From positions 1 through 30,094 of the IMG/VR virus record IMGVR_UViG_3300017589_000288: a stretch of DNA of 30,094 nt; one strand, 5' to 3'. This document shows, one piece after another, positions 8,778 through 17,840 of this stretch; within the stretch, counting starts at the first letter, position 1, and each line of letters begins with the position of its first letter. The translations under genes were made by a program, and so were the position numbers. This stretch comes from a virus (taxonomy: Duplodnaviria; Caudoviricetes). A model generated the notes under the pieces. It saw only the letters and a program-made list of their open reading frames with translations, had not been told where the DNA came from and ran no database searches.

Positions 8778-9992
8778 ATGAAACCTTATCAGCCACATTT
8801 AATAGCAGCCATCCTTTCTGAGCCATGGGCGATCTCTGAGAAGTATGTGATAGACCAAGCTGTTATTATTTCCAATATTATTAATGGTGACGTGCTTTTC
8901 GAGAAAGGTTCACCAGTTGAACCGGTAATGAAAAGCATTGGTAGTAAATCAGGCTCAAGTTCAGCAAATACTTCAATGAACATTGAAGTAATTCAGATAA
9001 ACGGTGCACTGTCCAAGTATAATCAATTCTGCGGACCTGCAGGAATGAAAACTATAGGACAGTGGATCCAGGAAGCTGACAATAATACCAATATTCATGG
9101 TATCCTTCTGGTAATTGATTCTCCTGGCGGTACTGTGGCAGGAACCGAAGAACTTGGCGATATCATTAGGGACACAAAAAAGCCTATTGTCGCTTTTGTA
9201 GATGACTGTGCAGCTTCAGCAGCATATTGGCTTGCCAGCCAATGTGATGAAATCATAGCTAACAATACTACTGCCATGGTAGGATCTATCGGGGTTATAA
9301 CAAGCTTCATGGATGCTCAGCCTGCGCTTGAAAAATTAGGCTACAAATTTCATACGATTACAGCTCCCCAATCCACAGATAAAGTAAAAACCTGGGAACA
9401 ACTCAGAGCCGGTAAGTATGAAGAGTACAAAGAAAATGTCTTAAGGATTCATGCTGATCAATTCATCAATACAGTAAAAGCTGGCAGAGGTGATATCGAT
9501 GAAAAATATTTCACTGCAGATATCTATTTTGCTAAGGATGTGATAGGACCATTGGTAGACTCAATTGGCAATTTTGATTTTGCAATACAAAGAGTAGCAG
9601 ATCTAGCTTCAGATAATTCGAATTCCTCAAATAACAAAAATTCAATGTCAAAACCTGAGTACAAGAGGCTTGCTAAAGCCTCAGGTGTCGCTGCATTTGA
9701 AAGTGCAGACGGCTCCATTACCCTTCAGGCTGATCAGGCTGCATTAGTTGAAACTGCTCTTGAGCAGATTGATACCGCAACAGCACAATTAGACCAGAAG
9801 CAAAAGGAATCTACTAATCAGCAGTCTTGTATAACTGAACTGGAGGGGCAACTTCAGACAGCCAATACCGAAATAGCTGAACTCAAAAAAGAAGCTGGTG
9901 CAGAATCGGCTACTATTACCAGAGAAACGGACGGCGAAGAAAAATCTTCAGATAATTTCTACGCCCGCTTTAATAAACTTAAAAATATCTAA
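8778..9992 (+). CDS. S49 (SppA-like) head maturation protease with C-terminal scaffold-like region
   Basis: IDSPGG, AASAAYWLAS and VGSIGV motifs; C-terminal coiled coil; directly upstream of the capsid gene. Confidence 0.9.
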   Translation: MKPYQPHLIAAILSEPWAISEKYVIDQAVIISNIINGDVLFEKGSPVEPVMKSIGSKSGSSSANTSMNIEVIQINGALSKYNQFCGPAGMKTIGQWIQEADNNTNIHGILLVIDSPGGTVAGTEELGDIIRDTKKPIVAFVDDCAASAAYWLASQCDEIIANNTTAMVGSIGVITSFMDAQPALEKLGYKFHTITAPQSTDKVKTWEQLRAGKYEEYKENVLRIHADQFINTVKAGRGDIDEKYFTADIYFAKDVIGPLVDSIGNFDFAIQRVADLASDNSNSSNNKNSMSKPEYKRLAKASGVAAFESADGSITLQADQAALVETALEQIDTATAQLDQKQKESTNQQSCITELEGQLQTANTEIAELKKEAGAESATITRETDGEEKSSDNFYARFNKLKNI

Positions 9993-9995
9993 AAA

Positions 9996-10979
9996 GTGGC
10001 ATTAGACATTGCACAAGCCCTAATTGCAGCCGGTATTAAGTATAAGAAGGATCTTCTTACGATGCCGGTAGCTGAACTGGCTGATGTACTCATGTACATG
10101 AGCCTAAAAACCGGTCTTCAGGGTAAGGAGATCGGCGGTACCCTTGACACTGATGCGCAGCTTCGTCCATACAGGACAGAGAAAGGCGCTTCTGACAACA
10201 CTAAGATTGAAGCCTATGAATGGGAAACCTTTTTAGGCGACGTGGTTAAAGAATTTGACCCCAATGCAATCTTAGGTTCTCTCTACACTGAATCAACTGC
10301 TACCAAACCAAACGATCGTGAAATAGCTCGTCTGGTAGCCCTCAGGATGGCAAAGAAAGTCGGTGAAGCACTTCACGATGCAATGTTTATTGCAGTTCGT
10401 AATGCAGCCGGCAACACGACAGTTGATTTATTTAATGGATTTTCTACACAAGCAGCTTCGGCCATAGTTGCCGGCAAACTTGCCAGTGACAAGAAAAATT
10501 TCCAAGATCTCACCACCGAGGTGATGAGTGCTGCAAACTGTGGTGACATACTGAAAGCTGCTTATCGTTCAATTCATCCATTGCTGAAGAAAAGAAAGGT
10601 ATACATGTACATACCAAGTTCAGTACTTGATATGTACGAGGACTGGTTCCAGACAGAGTTTGGTCATGCAGCATGGAATGAAGGCTATGACCAAAGTAAG
10701 AAGACGCTGGTTGGTAGTCGTGGAAAATGTTTCTTTGTTCCTCTTGACAACATGGAAGGTCAGGATTTCATTTACATAACTGTAAAAGAAAACATGAAGG
10801 TAGGTGTTGACCAGGAATCAGACAAAGAAAACGTGCGCATCCGCGAATGTGACAATCCAAAACTTGTCCAATTCTTTATGCTTGCCTACTTTGGTGTGGG
10901 ATTTGATACTATGGATGCACGTTACATGTGCGTACTGAAATTCACAACTGAGGCACCGGAACCACCGGCAGGAGGATAA
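9996..10979 (+). CDS. major capsid protein
   Basis: 327 aa, GTG start, immediately after the protease; DLFNGF motif and size fit HK97-fold capsids. Positional inference. Confidence 0.75.
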   Translation: MALDIAQALIAAGIKYKKDLLTMPVAELADVLMYMSLKTGLQGKEIGGTLDTDAQLRPYRTEKGASDNTKIEAYEWETFLGDVVKEFDPNAILGSLYTESTATKPNDREIARLVALRMAKKVGEALHDAMFIAVRNAAGNTTVDLFNGFSTQAASAIVAGKLASDKKNFQDLTTEVMSAANCGDILKAAYRSIHPLLKKRKVYMYIPSSVLDMYEDWFQTEFGHAAWNEGYDQSKKTLVGSRGKCFFVPLDNMEGQDFIYITVKENMKVGVDQESDKENVRIRECDNPKLVQFFMLAYFGVGFDTMDARYMCVLKFTTEAPEPPAGG

Positions 10980-10982
10980 TCA

Positions 10983-11573
10983 ATGGCTGGATTATTAGGA
11001 TCATTACCATGGAATGACGGTCAAATTAACCCCTCAGGGATTAAGACCATCATATACTTTGCCCTGAAGAGCTGGATTAAAACATTCCCTAAAATTGTCG
11101 CATTGCCGGCGACCCCGAAAGATTTTGTTACAATGGCTGGGGATTTTGAAATGCAGGCCGGAAAGACTTTCCTCAGGTTATATTCAACCCAGGGAAAAGG
11201 CAAAGTAAGCTGGGAGCCAATCGGTGAAAAGGACCATAAAATGCTTATCAATAAAGGATCATTTTCTTTTCCTGATATTTCTGATGAGGCAAAAGCACTG
11301 GCAAAATCATTTCTCAACAGCAATGTTGTAATGATTGTATCATTGCCACATGAATCTGAAAAGAGGTTCATAATGCTTGGTTCAGAAGATTATGACACTT
11401 CTGTAACTCCTAAGGGTGACTCTGGCGATAAACCAGGTTCAGAGAAAGGAATTACATTTGATGTAGAAGTCCCGGACACTACCCCATTACCATCATACGC
11501 TGGTGCCCTTGTTCTTGAAGACGGGACGCTGGATTGTGAGACTGGAGTATTCACTCCTACACCTGCAGGATAA
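10983..11573 (+). CDS. probable major tail (tube) protein
   Basis: 196 aa, Gly/Pro/Thr-rich beta-type sequence, co-transcribed with the capsid gene before a terminator. Confidence 0.55.
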   Translation: MAGLLGSLPWNDGQINPSGIKTIIYFALKSWIKTFPKIVALPATPKDFVTMAGDFEMQAGKTFLRLYSTQGKGKVSWEPIGEKDHKMLINKGSFSFPDISDEAKALAKSFLNSNVVMIVSLPHESEKRFIMLGSEDYDTSVTPKGDSGDKPGSEKGITFDVEVPDTTPLPSYAGALVLEDGTLDCETGVFTPTPAG

Positions 11574-11601
11574 TGCCGGTAAAAAGTAAATAAAGTTTAA
11601 T

Positions 11602-11634
11602 GAACCCTGTTCTATCCACGGACAGGGTTTATTT
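11602..11634 (+). terminator. intrinsic terminator/attenuator after the abundant structural genes
   Basis: AACCCTGTTC/GGACAGGGTT stem followed by TATTT. Confidence 0.65.
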
Positions 11635-11654
11635 CATTTAACACTTAAAAAGAA

Positions 11655-12470
11655 ATGACACTATTTGAGAAAATTAAAGAATACCTCGAGTCAAAAGACA
11701 AGGATTTTGACACCGGTCTGAAGCTTTATACACTTGCAAGTCATCAAAGGTCAATCATGCTGTACCTTCAAAGAAAAAGAGATGCAGTTAAACTGGAATA
11801 TGAACTTAACAAGCTTTGTAAGCTTATACCTGACCGACTCAGAAAAATTTCACTTCCTGAAGAGAAAGAACCTATTCAGCCTTTAGTTGATAAGATAAAG
11901 GATACTGAAAATGATCCAGTGAAGGAGGTAAATTCAACTGATACAAAATTGAACGGAGATGAACACAAAATCATCGAATTCAAAAAAATCAACCCTGAAG
12001 AACTCCCGGAGGAGATGAGGCCACTCTACCATGAGATTTCTGAGAAACATAAGGAGATGCGTAGTGTCCATGAAAAGATGAAACTAGCGAAAACTGACGA
12101 AGAGAGAGCAGAATTCAGAAATACCCTGGTTAATCTTGATGATGCTGTCAAAGCAGGATGGGATGTCATTGATGAATATTTTCTTTTGCAACAACAAGGA
12201 AAAAAGGAAGCAATCGTTGATGAAACCAAGAGCCCACAGGAAGCAATAAATGAACTTGGAAAATCAATCAATGCTGCCAGGTCTTATATCAGCAGGGGAA
12301 TTAATGAATACAAGAAAGCTCCTGAAGAAAAAAGACCGGACTTGAAAATGAAAATCAACAAGAGGATAGATTTTCTTATTGAAAATAAAGTGCCGGTAGC
12401 TAAAGAAACCAAAGGATCGCTGTTAGAACTAGAGATAATTGCAAAAAACTCTAAGCTACTTGTTGAATGA
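11655..12470 (+). CDS. hypothetical helical phage protein
   Basis: ORF track; A-rich start. Confidence 0.8.
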   Translation: MTLFEKIKEYLESKDKDFDTGLKLYTLASHQRSIMLYLQRKRDAVKLEYELNKLCKLIPDRLRKISLPEEKEPIQPLVDKIKDTENDPVKEVNSTDTKLNGDEHKIIEFKKINPEELPEEMRPLYHEISEKHKEMRSVHEKMKLAKTDEERAEFRNTLVNLDDAVKAGWDVIDEYFLLQQQGKKEAIVDETKSPQEAINELGKSINAARSYISRGINEYKKAPEEKRPDLKMKINKRIDFLIENKVPVAKETKGSLLELEIIAKNSKLLVE

Positions 12471-12924
12471 CCTTAACTGGATAGATGCACATACTGCAGT
12501 CTATTTAACAAATAGCATCCAGGCACATCACATCTTCGATTATATGTTAGAGGAGCTGACCGGTGATTTGAAAATAATCGTCAGCTCCTTTGCAATTACC
12601 GAACCTTGGGTTAGAAGATTAATCAGAAACCGTGACAGGATTGTACATATAACACTATTCCTTGATTTTACTGTAGCTAGCCGAAAACCAAAGAATACCG
12701 ACTACGCATCTATAAACGTAGATGAACTTTGGCTAACGAATAATCACTCTAAAACAATCTTTATGGACAATGGTAATGACAGGTTCCTGTCAATGATGTC
12801 GAATAACGCTACCAATAACCGGCGTTATGAATCCGGAGTCCTTTTTAAAAATCATCCGGCTATCGATCTTTATCTTCAGTTTGTGGAACAGATGAAAAGT
12901 GATTGTGTGCAATGGATGAAGTAA
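12439..12924 (+). CDS. single-domain phospholipase D (HKD) fold protein, nuclease-like; start uncertain
   Basis: HSKTIFMD matches HxK(x)4D, followed by SNN and a downstream E (RYESG). Confidence 0.65.
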   Translation: MQKTLSYLLNDLNWIDAHTAVYLTNSIQAHHIFDYMLEELTGDLKIIVSSFAITEPWVRRLIRNRDRIVHITLFLDFTVASRKPKNTDYASINVDELWLTNNHSKTIFMDNGNDRFLSMMSNNATNNRRYESGVLFKNHPAIDLYLQFVEQMKSDCVQWMK

Positions 12925-13178
12925 ACAAACTTATAGAAGAATATGCCGGTCTTTTTATGACTATCGAAGAAATTGCAGTGCTACTAGAAGTGGATCCGGC
13001 AGAATTAAGAAGAGAAATAAGGGCCGGAAAAAGTGAACGGGCCAAAGCATATAACAGAGGTAAGATAAATAGTATTCTTGAGGTAAGAAGGCAAACAGTT
13101 GCCTTTGCAAAAAAAGGATCGCCGGCAGCTGAAGATTTAGTTCAGGGATATATAATCAAACAGGCAAAAAATGAGTAA
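12912..13178 (+). CDS. small HTH protein, terminase-small-subunit-like
   Basis: TIEEIAVLLEVD HTH-like segment; located upstream of terL; ATG 12912 preferred over 12903. Confidence 0.55.
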   Translation: MDEVNKLIEEYAGLFMTIEEIAVLLEVDPAELRREIRAGKSERAKAYNRGKINSILEVRRQTVAFAKKGSPAAEDLVQGYIIKQAKNE

Positions 13179-13785
13179 AAAAAGCAATTTGGAGAGGTTT
13201 AAAGATTTTCTTTTCGAGGATCTTGATGAGATTGCAATACTCATGAAGATACCTGAATTATCAAGATCTGACAGAAACATGATACTACGCTTCAGGTTCT
13301 GTTTTTCCAAATTGCTTGAGTCGCCATCTCTGCAGGATAATAAATTGCGAGATGCCCTGATGAGTGAATTCAAAATAAGTGAATCACAGGCTTATCGGGA
13401 TATTTCGGACATCAAGATTTTCCTTCCCAACATTCGTGCTGCAGGTAAAGAATGGTATCGGTATATGGTAAACGAAGAACTTAAGTTAGCTATTCAAGAT
13501 GCTAAAGAAGAGGGGAGATTGAAGGAAAGAATTGAGGCTATAAAAGCTCTTGGGAAGTATAATAAGCTAGATCAGGACGATGGTGAAGAGCTGCCATGGG
13601 ACGAAATAATACCAGTATCAATAGAGCCGACAAGTGATCCATCAGTTTTAGGTATAAAACCTATTCCAAACCTAGAGGGTGAGATTAAACGACTGTATGA
13701 AAAATATAAGGCTGAAATTGAGATTGAGGATATAGATTATAAAGAAGTTGATAATGACGGAAAAGAAACAGATCTACTTCAATAA
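13171..13785 (+). CDS. probable terminase small subunit / packaging DNA-binding protein
   Basis: ISESQAYRDI HTH-like motif; overlaps the terL start. Confidence 0.55.
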   Translation: MSKKSNLERFKDFLFEDLDEIAILMKIPELSRSDRNMILRFRFCFSKLLESPSLQDNKLRDALMSEFKISESQAYRDISDIKIFLPNIRAAGKEWYRYMVNEELKLAIQDAKEEGRLKERIEAIKALGKYNKLDQDDGEELPWDEIIPVSIEPTSDPSVLGIKPIPNLEGEIKRLYEKYKAEIEIEDIDYKEVDNDGKETDLLQ

Positions 13786-15370
13786 TCCTCAACTCGAGTT
13801 CAGATATGTTGCTGCCCATACATCAGTAATTGTGGGGGGGCGACGAATCGGGAAATCACATGGCATTAATGCGCCATGGTTGCTCAGGAACCTCCAACAT
13901 ATGCCCCGATCGGGCGGGGGTATTATTGGATCCACATTTCAACAATTACTAACCAGGACTCTTCCAGGCTCTTTGAAAGCATTAGAAGATATGGGTTATC
14001 ATCGAAACCTGCATTATTTCATAGGCCGGAAACCACCTAAATCAGCAAATTTTAAAGAACCGGTTATTAAGCCGGCAAGCTATGACCATATTGTTTCATG
14101 GTACAATGGCAGTATCCAATATCTCATTAGTCAGGACATTCCAGGTAGCTCGAACTCATTAACGTTGCAGTATATCCTTGGTGATGAAGCAAAGTTTCTT
14201 GATTTTGATAAATTGAAAGATGAGACCTTTCCTGCTAATGGTGGATACAAGGGCCCTTGGAAAGATTCTCCCTGGCTTAACTCAATCTTATTTACTTCCG
14301 ATATGCCATCATCAAAGAAGGGATCCTGGTTTCTGAGCTTTAAAGAAAAGATGGATACTGAAGTGATTGAGACCATCAAGATGTTGGTAAAAAAGATATA
14401 TGACTTAAAGCAGGGAAAGCCAACAGAATGGAGTAGAAGAAAACTTAAAGAGTATTCACTTTCTTTAGCACAGCTTAGGAGCATTGCAGTATATTACAGG
14501 GAATGGTCCACCATCGAGAATTTACAAATATTGGGTAAAAAATACATCGCTCAGCAAAAACGAGATCTTCCACCCCTAGTATTTGCAACCAGTATCATGT
14601 GTATAAAGCCAGGGAAATTGAAAGATGGGTTTTATCCAGGATTGAGAGATGACCATTTTTATACTGCATATGATAATAGTTACCTCCTTAATCTTGATTA
14701 TAATCTTGAAAAAGCAGCTGAAGAAACATGCCTTCAGGATGCAGATGTCGATTTATTCAGGCCTATTTGTGTAGCTTTTGACTATAACGCTAATATCAAT
14801 TGGCTTGTAGCCGGTCAACAGAGCGGATTTAAAGCAATGGTACTTAAAAGCTTTTACGTTAAATACCAGAGAAAGCTGAGAGAGTTGGTAGATGATTTTT
14901 GCAAATATTACCAACATCACAAGACTAAGGAAGTAGTCTATTATTATGATTCGACAGCACTAGGTTCAAACTATGCGGTAAGTTCTGAAGATTTTGCTTC
15001 AGTTATATGCAGTCAGTTTGAAAAAAACAGATGGTCAGTAAAAAAGGTTTACTTGGGTAATCCAGCTAGACATAGCGAGAAATATATTATTATTGACCAG
15101 GCATTTAAGGGACAGAAATATCTAATGCCAAGGTTGAATGAAGCAAATAATGAAGCATTAAAGATCGGATTAGAGCACTGTGGGACAAAGATTGGTCCGC
15201 TTGGTTTTCAAAAGGATAAGGCGGGTGAAAAACTTGCAGAAACTGAAGAAGATCTTCTCGAGCACAGAACAGATGGTACAGATGCATTTGATACATTGAT
15301 GTTAGGAATGTTCCTTTATCCACAACAATCAATTCCTTCACCAATTGGAGCTTCATCTAAACTAATATAG
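13754..15370 (+). CDS. terL: terminase large subunit
   Basis: Walker A GGRRIGKS, Walker B ILGDEA, coupling motif FTSD, RNase H-like acidic residues (AFDYN, YYDST, TDGTDAFD). Confidence 0.9.
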   Translation: MTEKKQIYFNNPQLEFRYVAAHTSVIVGGRRIGKSHGINAPWLLRNLQHMPRSGGGIIGSTFQQLLTRTLPGSLKALEDMGYHRNLHYFIGRKPPKSANFKEPVIKPASYDHIVSWYNGSIQYLISQDIPGSSNSLTLQYILGDEAKFLDFDKLKDETFPANGGYKGPWKDSPWLNSILFTSDMPSSKKGSWFLSFKEKMDTEVIETIKMLVKKIYDLKQGKPTEWSRRKLKEYSLSLAQLRSIAVYYREWSTIENLQILGKKYIAQQKRDLPPLVFATSIMCIKPGKLKDGFYPGLRDDHFYTAYDNSYLLNLDYNLEKAAEETCLQDADVDLFRPICVAFDYNANINWLVAGQQSGFKAMVLKSFYVKYQRKLRELVDDFCKYYQHHKTKEVVYYYDSTALGSNYAVSSEDFASVICSQFEKNRWSVKKVYLGNPARHSEKYIIIDQAFKGQKYLMPRLNEANNEALKIGLEHCGTKIGPLGFQKDKAGEKLAETEEDLLEHRTDGTDAFDTLMLGMFLYPQQSIPSPIGASSKLI

Positions 15371-15388
15371 ACTATTTCCAGGCAAATC

Positions 15389-15573
15389 TTTTACCAGCAT
15401 TTTTCCTGCCTTTAAGAAAAGAATTTGAAAAATGCGGTAAAATCAGATCGAGACGTGAGGAACTGCAGAAATTTAAACAATCACATTTACAATGAGTTCT
15501 GAACACCGAATAGGGGGGAGGCTGCCGAGGAACGAGGCAGCCGGGGGGCGCAAACCCCTCGGCTCAATTTAAG
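15389..15573. other. cluster of hairpins between convergent terL and symE-like genes
   Basis: TTTTACC(A)GCATTTTTC/GAAAAATGCGGTAAAA; GGCTGCC-gaggaacga-GGCAGCC; GGGG-cgcaaa-CCCC. Confidence 0.55.
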
Positions 15574-15587
15574 CCATTTAAGACCGT

Positions 15588-15794
15588 TTAAGCTCTCATG
15601 GGTGTTCTTGCTTCGGCTTTAATCGTTATACAGCCGTCCTGAATGATAACGTAAGCGTGATTTTCAGGGTTGAAACCTGCCTTTAGTAACCAATTGCCTT
15701 CAATTCTCAAGAATGGATAAACGGTTCTTCTGTTGTGTTTTCGGCATCTGATACCGGTATGAATTTTTAAACGTCTCATGTTAATTTCGCTCAT
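15588..15794 (-). CDS. symE: SymE-family (AbrB-fold) toxin-like protein; alternative start 15779
   Basis: YPFLRIEGNWLLKAGFNP...VIIQDGCITI matches the SymE pattern P.I.L.G.WL..AGF..G..V.V....G.L.I. Confidence 0.75.
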   Translation of the reverse strand: MSEINMRRLKIHTGIRCRKHNRRTVYPFLRIEGNWLLKAGFNPENHAYVIIQDGCITIKAEARTPMRA

Positions 15795-16123
15795 GCTGCC
15801 TCCCTAACTTCTACCTGTGAATTACTAAATAAATAACATATCGGAAAAAAATCTTCTTTCTTTTCTTCCTCTTGCGATGGCTCAACTTTTTTCAATGGTC
15901 GGGGACTTCCCCAGATGGCGAAGGCTCGACTACCTTTTTTAATTTTGTACCCTTTTTCAATCCAGTCAAAAAATGTGTGAAACTCTGTATTATCAGCATT
16001 TCTATAAAAACACTCTATTAATGCCTCATTAACTGAATCATACACGCATTCCTTAACCAATTGTTTAACCTGCTGACTTAACGCCTTTAGTTCCTCTCTT
16101 CGCTCGTTTACTTTCCTTTTCAT
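15791..16123 (-). CDS. ArdC N-terminal (DUF1738-like) ssDNA-binding domain protein, stand-alone
   Basis: FHTFFDWIEKGYKIKKGSRAFAIW and YLFSNSQVE match the ArdC-N motifs TF.QW...G..V.KGEK and VFN..Q.E; no metalloprotease domain; start moved to ATG 16123. Confidence 0.75.
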   Translation of the reverse strand: MKRKVNERREELKALSQQVKQLVKECVYDSVNEALIECFYRNADNTEFHTFFDWIEKGYKIKKGSRAFAIWGSPRPLKKVEPSQEEEKKEDFFPICYLFSNSQVEVREAA

Positions 16124-16137
16124 GATTGTTAAAATTA

Positions 16138-16162
16138 GCCTGCAGGCTGTCATCCTGCAGGC
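16138..16162. promoter_or_regulatory. intergenic hairpin GCCTGCAGG-7nt-CCTGCAGGC
   Basis: Perfect 9-bp inverted repeat upstream of the ArdC-N start. Confidence 0.5.
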
Positions 16163-16172
16163 AATTAGTAAA

Positions 16173-16577
16173 TTAAGCGGCTAACAATTTGCTTTCTATT
16201 GCATTAATACGATCCTGAATGTTACCAATACATATAGAAATCAGGGTTTCAACTGCTGCAGGGTCGTTACTGTTGAATGAGGGATCACCGCCCCCATTGG
16301 TAAGCATCAGACTGGTATTAGTGTTAATCCTGCTTCTGAAATTATTTAACTTGTTGATTTGGTTGGTTAAATTGGCGTGTTGTTCTGTTAGATAAAACTG
16401 GTCATTAACTTTTTTGATAACATCACTAATGTTAATCACTGGACTGGGTTCTTCTTTGGGCTCTTCTTTTACTTCCTCTTTGGTTTCTTTTGGCTCAGGT
16501 TTTAAAACTTGCATGATAGCGGTTTTAGTTTCTTCTGCTGTTTGGTTTTCGGTCACTTTTTTTACTGCGTTTTTCAT
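16173..16577 (-). CDS. hypothetical protein, first gene of the leftward operon
   Basis: ORF track; A-rich start; charged low-complexity N-terminus. Confidence 0.8.
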   Translation of the reverse strand: MKNAVKKVTENQTAEETKTAIMQVLKPEPKETKEEVKEEPKEEPSPVINISDVIKKVNDQFYLTEQHANLTNQINKLNNFRSRINTNTSLMLTNGGGDPSFNSNDPAAVETLISICIGNIQDRINAIESKLLAA

Positions 16578-16620
16578 TTGTTTGATTGTTTAAATGTGAG
16601 TAAATGAATTAATTACAGTA

Positions 16621-16652
16621 TAAATTTACGAATATAGTTTGAAATAAACAAG
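16621..16652 (-). promoter_or_regulatory. Bacteroidota sigma-A-like promoter of the leftward operon
   Basis: Minus strand CTTG-N20-TAAATTTA versus consensus TTTG-N19-21-TAnnTTTG. Confidence 0.55.
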
Positions 16653-17114
16653 GAAAAAAACATCTAAAACGCTGTTAATTAATGATATACAGAGGCATGT
16701 ACATAGTAAATACACACATACGCATGCTCATTAACTCGATATTATGAGTAAAAAAATTATTCCGATTTTTTGAACCAGTACTGGCAAGATCGTTTTTAAA
16801 ATCGCCTCAGGTAACTCCAATTTATTTTTTTTTAAGTGGCTGAAAATGAGCAAAAATAGGGGGTGAAAGCCCCGTTTTTGTCTCATTTGTATGTCTGAAG
16901 ACCCCGCACCGCGCTGAACTCGGCTCGTAATTACGGGACACCCTAAACATGTAATATGCCACGATATGAACGGACTGAAATCAAATGCATAAAACCTGCA
17001 TACCATTGAATAGAGACAACGGGCGGCCGTTAGGTGAAAGGTGTGTAAAAAATTAATATGATGATTACCATTAGGCTGTAATACTTAAGTGCATAAATTT
17101 ATACCTTAACAATT

Positions 17115-17128
17115 GCTCAATATTGAGC
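17115..17128. promoter_or_regulatory. 14-bp palindrome GCTCAATATTGAGC, candidate operator
   Basis: Perfect palindrome just downstream of TAAATTTA (17094-17101) and upstream of the lipoprotein gene. Confidence 0.45.
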
Positions 17129-17170
17129 GAATTATCTCAATAATTTTTAACAACTTAAATCAAACCCATT

Positions 17171-17803
17171 ATGAAAAGAATGTTTATTGTTTTACTTATG
17201 CTGTCTGTTATGTCCTGCGGGACTAATTATAGTACTCCAGATAATGTTAAATGGAGTATAAGGAAGGAAGTGTCAAATAGAGCGCTTGGTAAGTGTAATA
17301 TTGAAGTTCAGCTAGAGCAAAAAGTTGAAGAAAATGTCCTTAAGGACATTGCACTTGAAATACGACAAGACCACCAGGAATATAATAAGCTATGGATATT
17401 GTATTTTATTCCAGAAATGGCTGATAGCATGGCGTGGGCTACTACAAATTTCACTCCTAAGTTAGAAATAGAAATACTTGGCTCTACAGCTAAACAAGAC
17501 TCTGTCCTTACTCAGAATGATAATATTAATGGTGTCATCATCAACAGTTGGAAGAGTGAGCAAAGTTTAATGGGCGGAATCATGATATTGTATAAAGATT
17601 CAACAGGAAAATTAATGATGAGAACTAAATTCACAGATGGCAGCGCAATGGATAGAAAAATTAAGGAAACAAAGTTTAACCGTCAAGTTAAATATCAGGA
17701 TAACAATACACATGGAGAGTACTTTATTCTTGAAAGTAATGGCAATTTAGGAATGTATGGAGAGAATGGGAAGTACGATGAAGCTGATCAAATTCTAAAA
17801 TAA
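17171..17803 (+). CDS. lipoprotein (moron), function unknown
   Basis: MKRMFIVLLMLSVMS-C signal peptide II with lipobox Cys16. Confidence 0.85.
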   Translation: MKRMFIVLLMLSVMSCGTNYSTPDNVKWSIRKEVSNRALGKCNIEVQLEQKVEENVLKDIALEIRQDHQEYNKLWILYFIPEMADSMAWATTNFTPKLEIEILGSTAKQDSVLTQNDNINGVIINSWKSEQSLMGGIMILYKDSTGKLMMRTKFTDGSAMDRKIKETKFNRQVKYQDNNTHGEYFILESNGNLGMYGENGKYDEADQILK

Positions 17804-17805
17804 CA

Positions 17806-17836
17806 CTTGACAAATTAGATTTTTAGTCTATCTTTG
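17806..17836 (+). promoter_or_regulatory. Bacteroidota sigma-A promoter of the antirepressor operon
   Basis: CTTG-N19-TATCTTTG; perfect -7 element. Confidence 0.75.
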
Positions 17837-17840
17837 CACT

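Noticed and set aside
15777-15783. CATGTTA match between the symE start and 19264-19270
   Set aside because: Only 7 nt and partly upstream of the predicted sRNA +1.
16731-17006. 91-aa minus-strand ORF
   Set aside because: Runs through hairpins and homopolymer tracts with atypical composition; better explained as non-coding.
15371-17030. Leftward block as an invertible segment
   Set aside because: No convincing flanking inverted repeats and no recombinase in the window.
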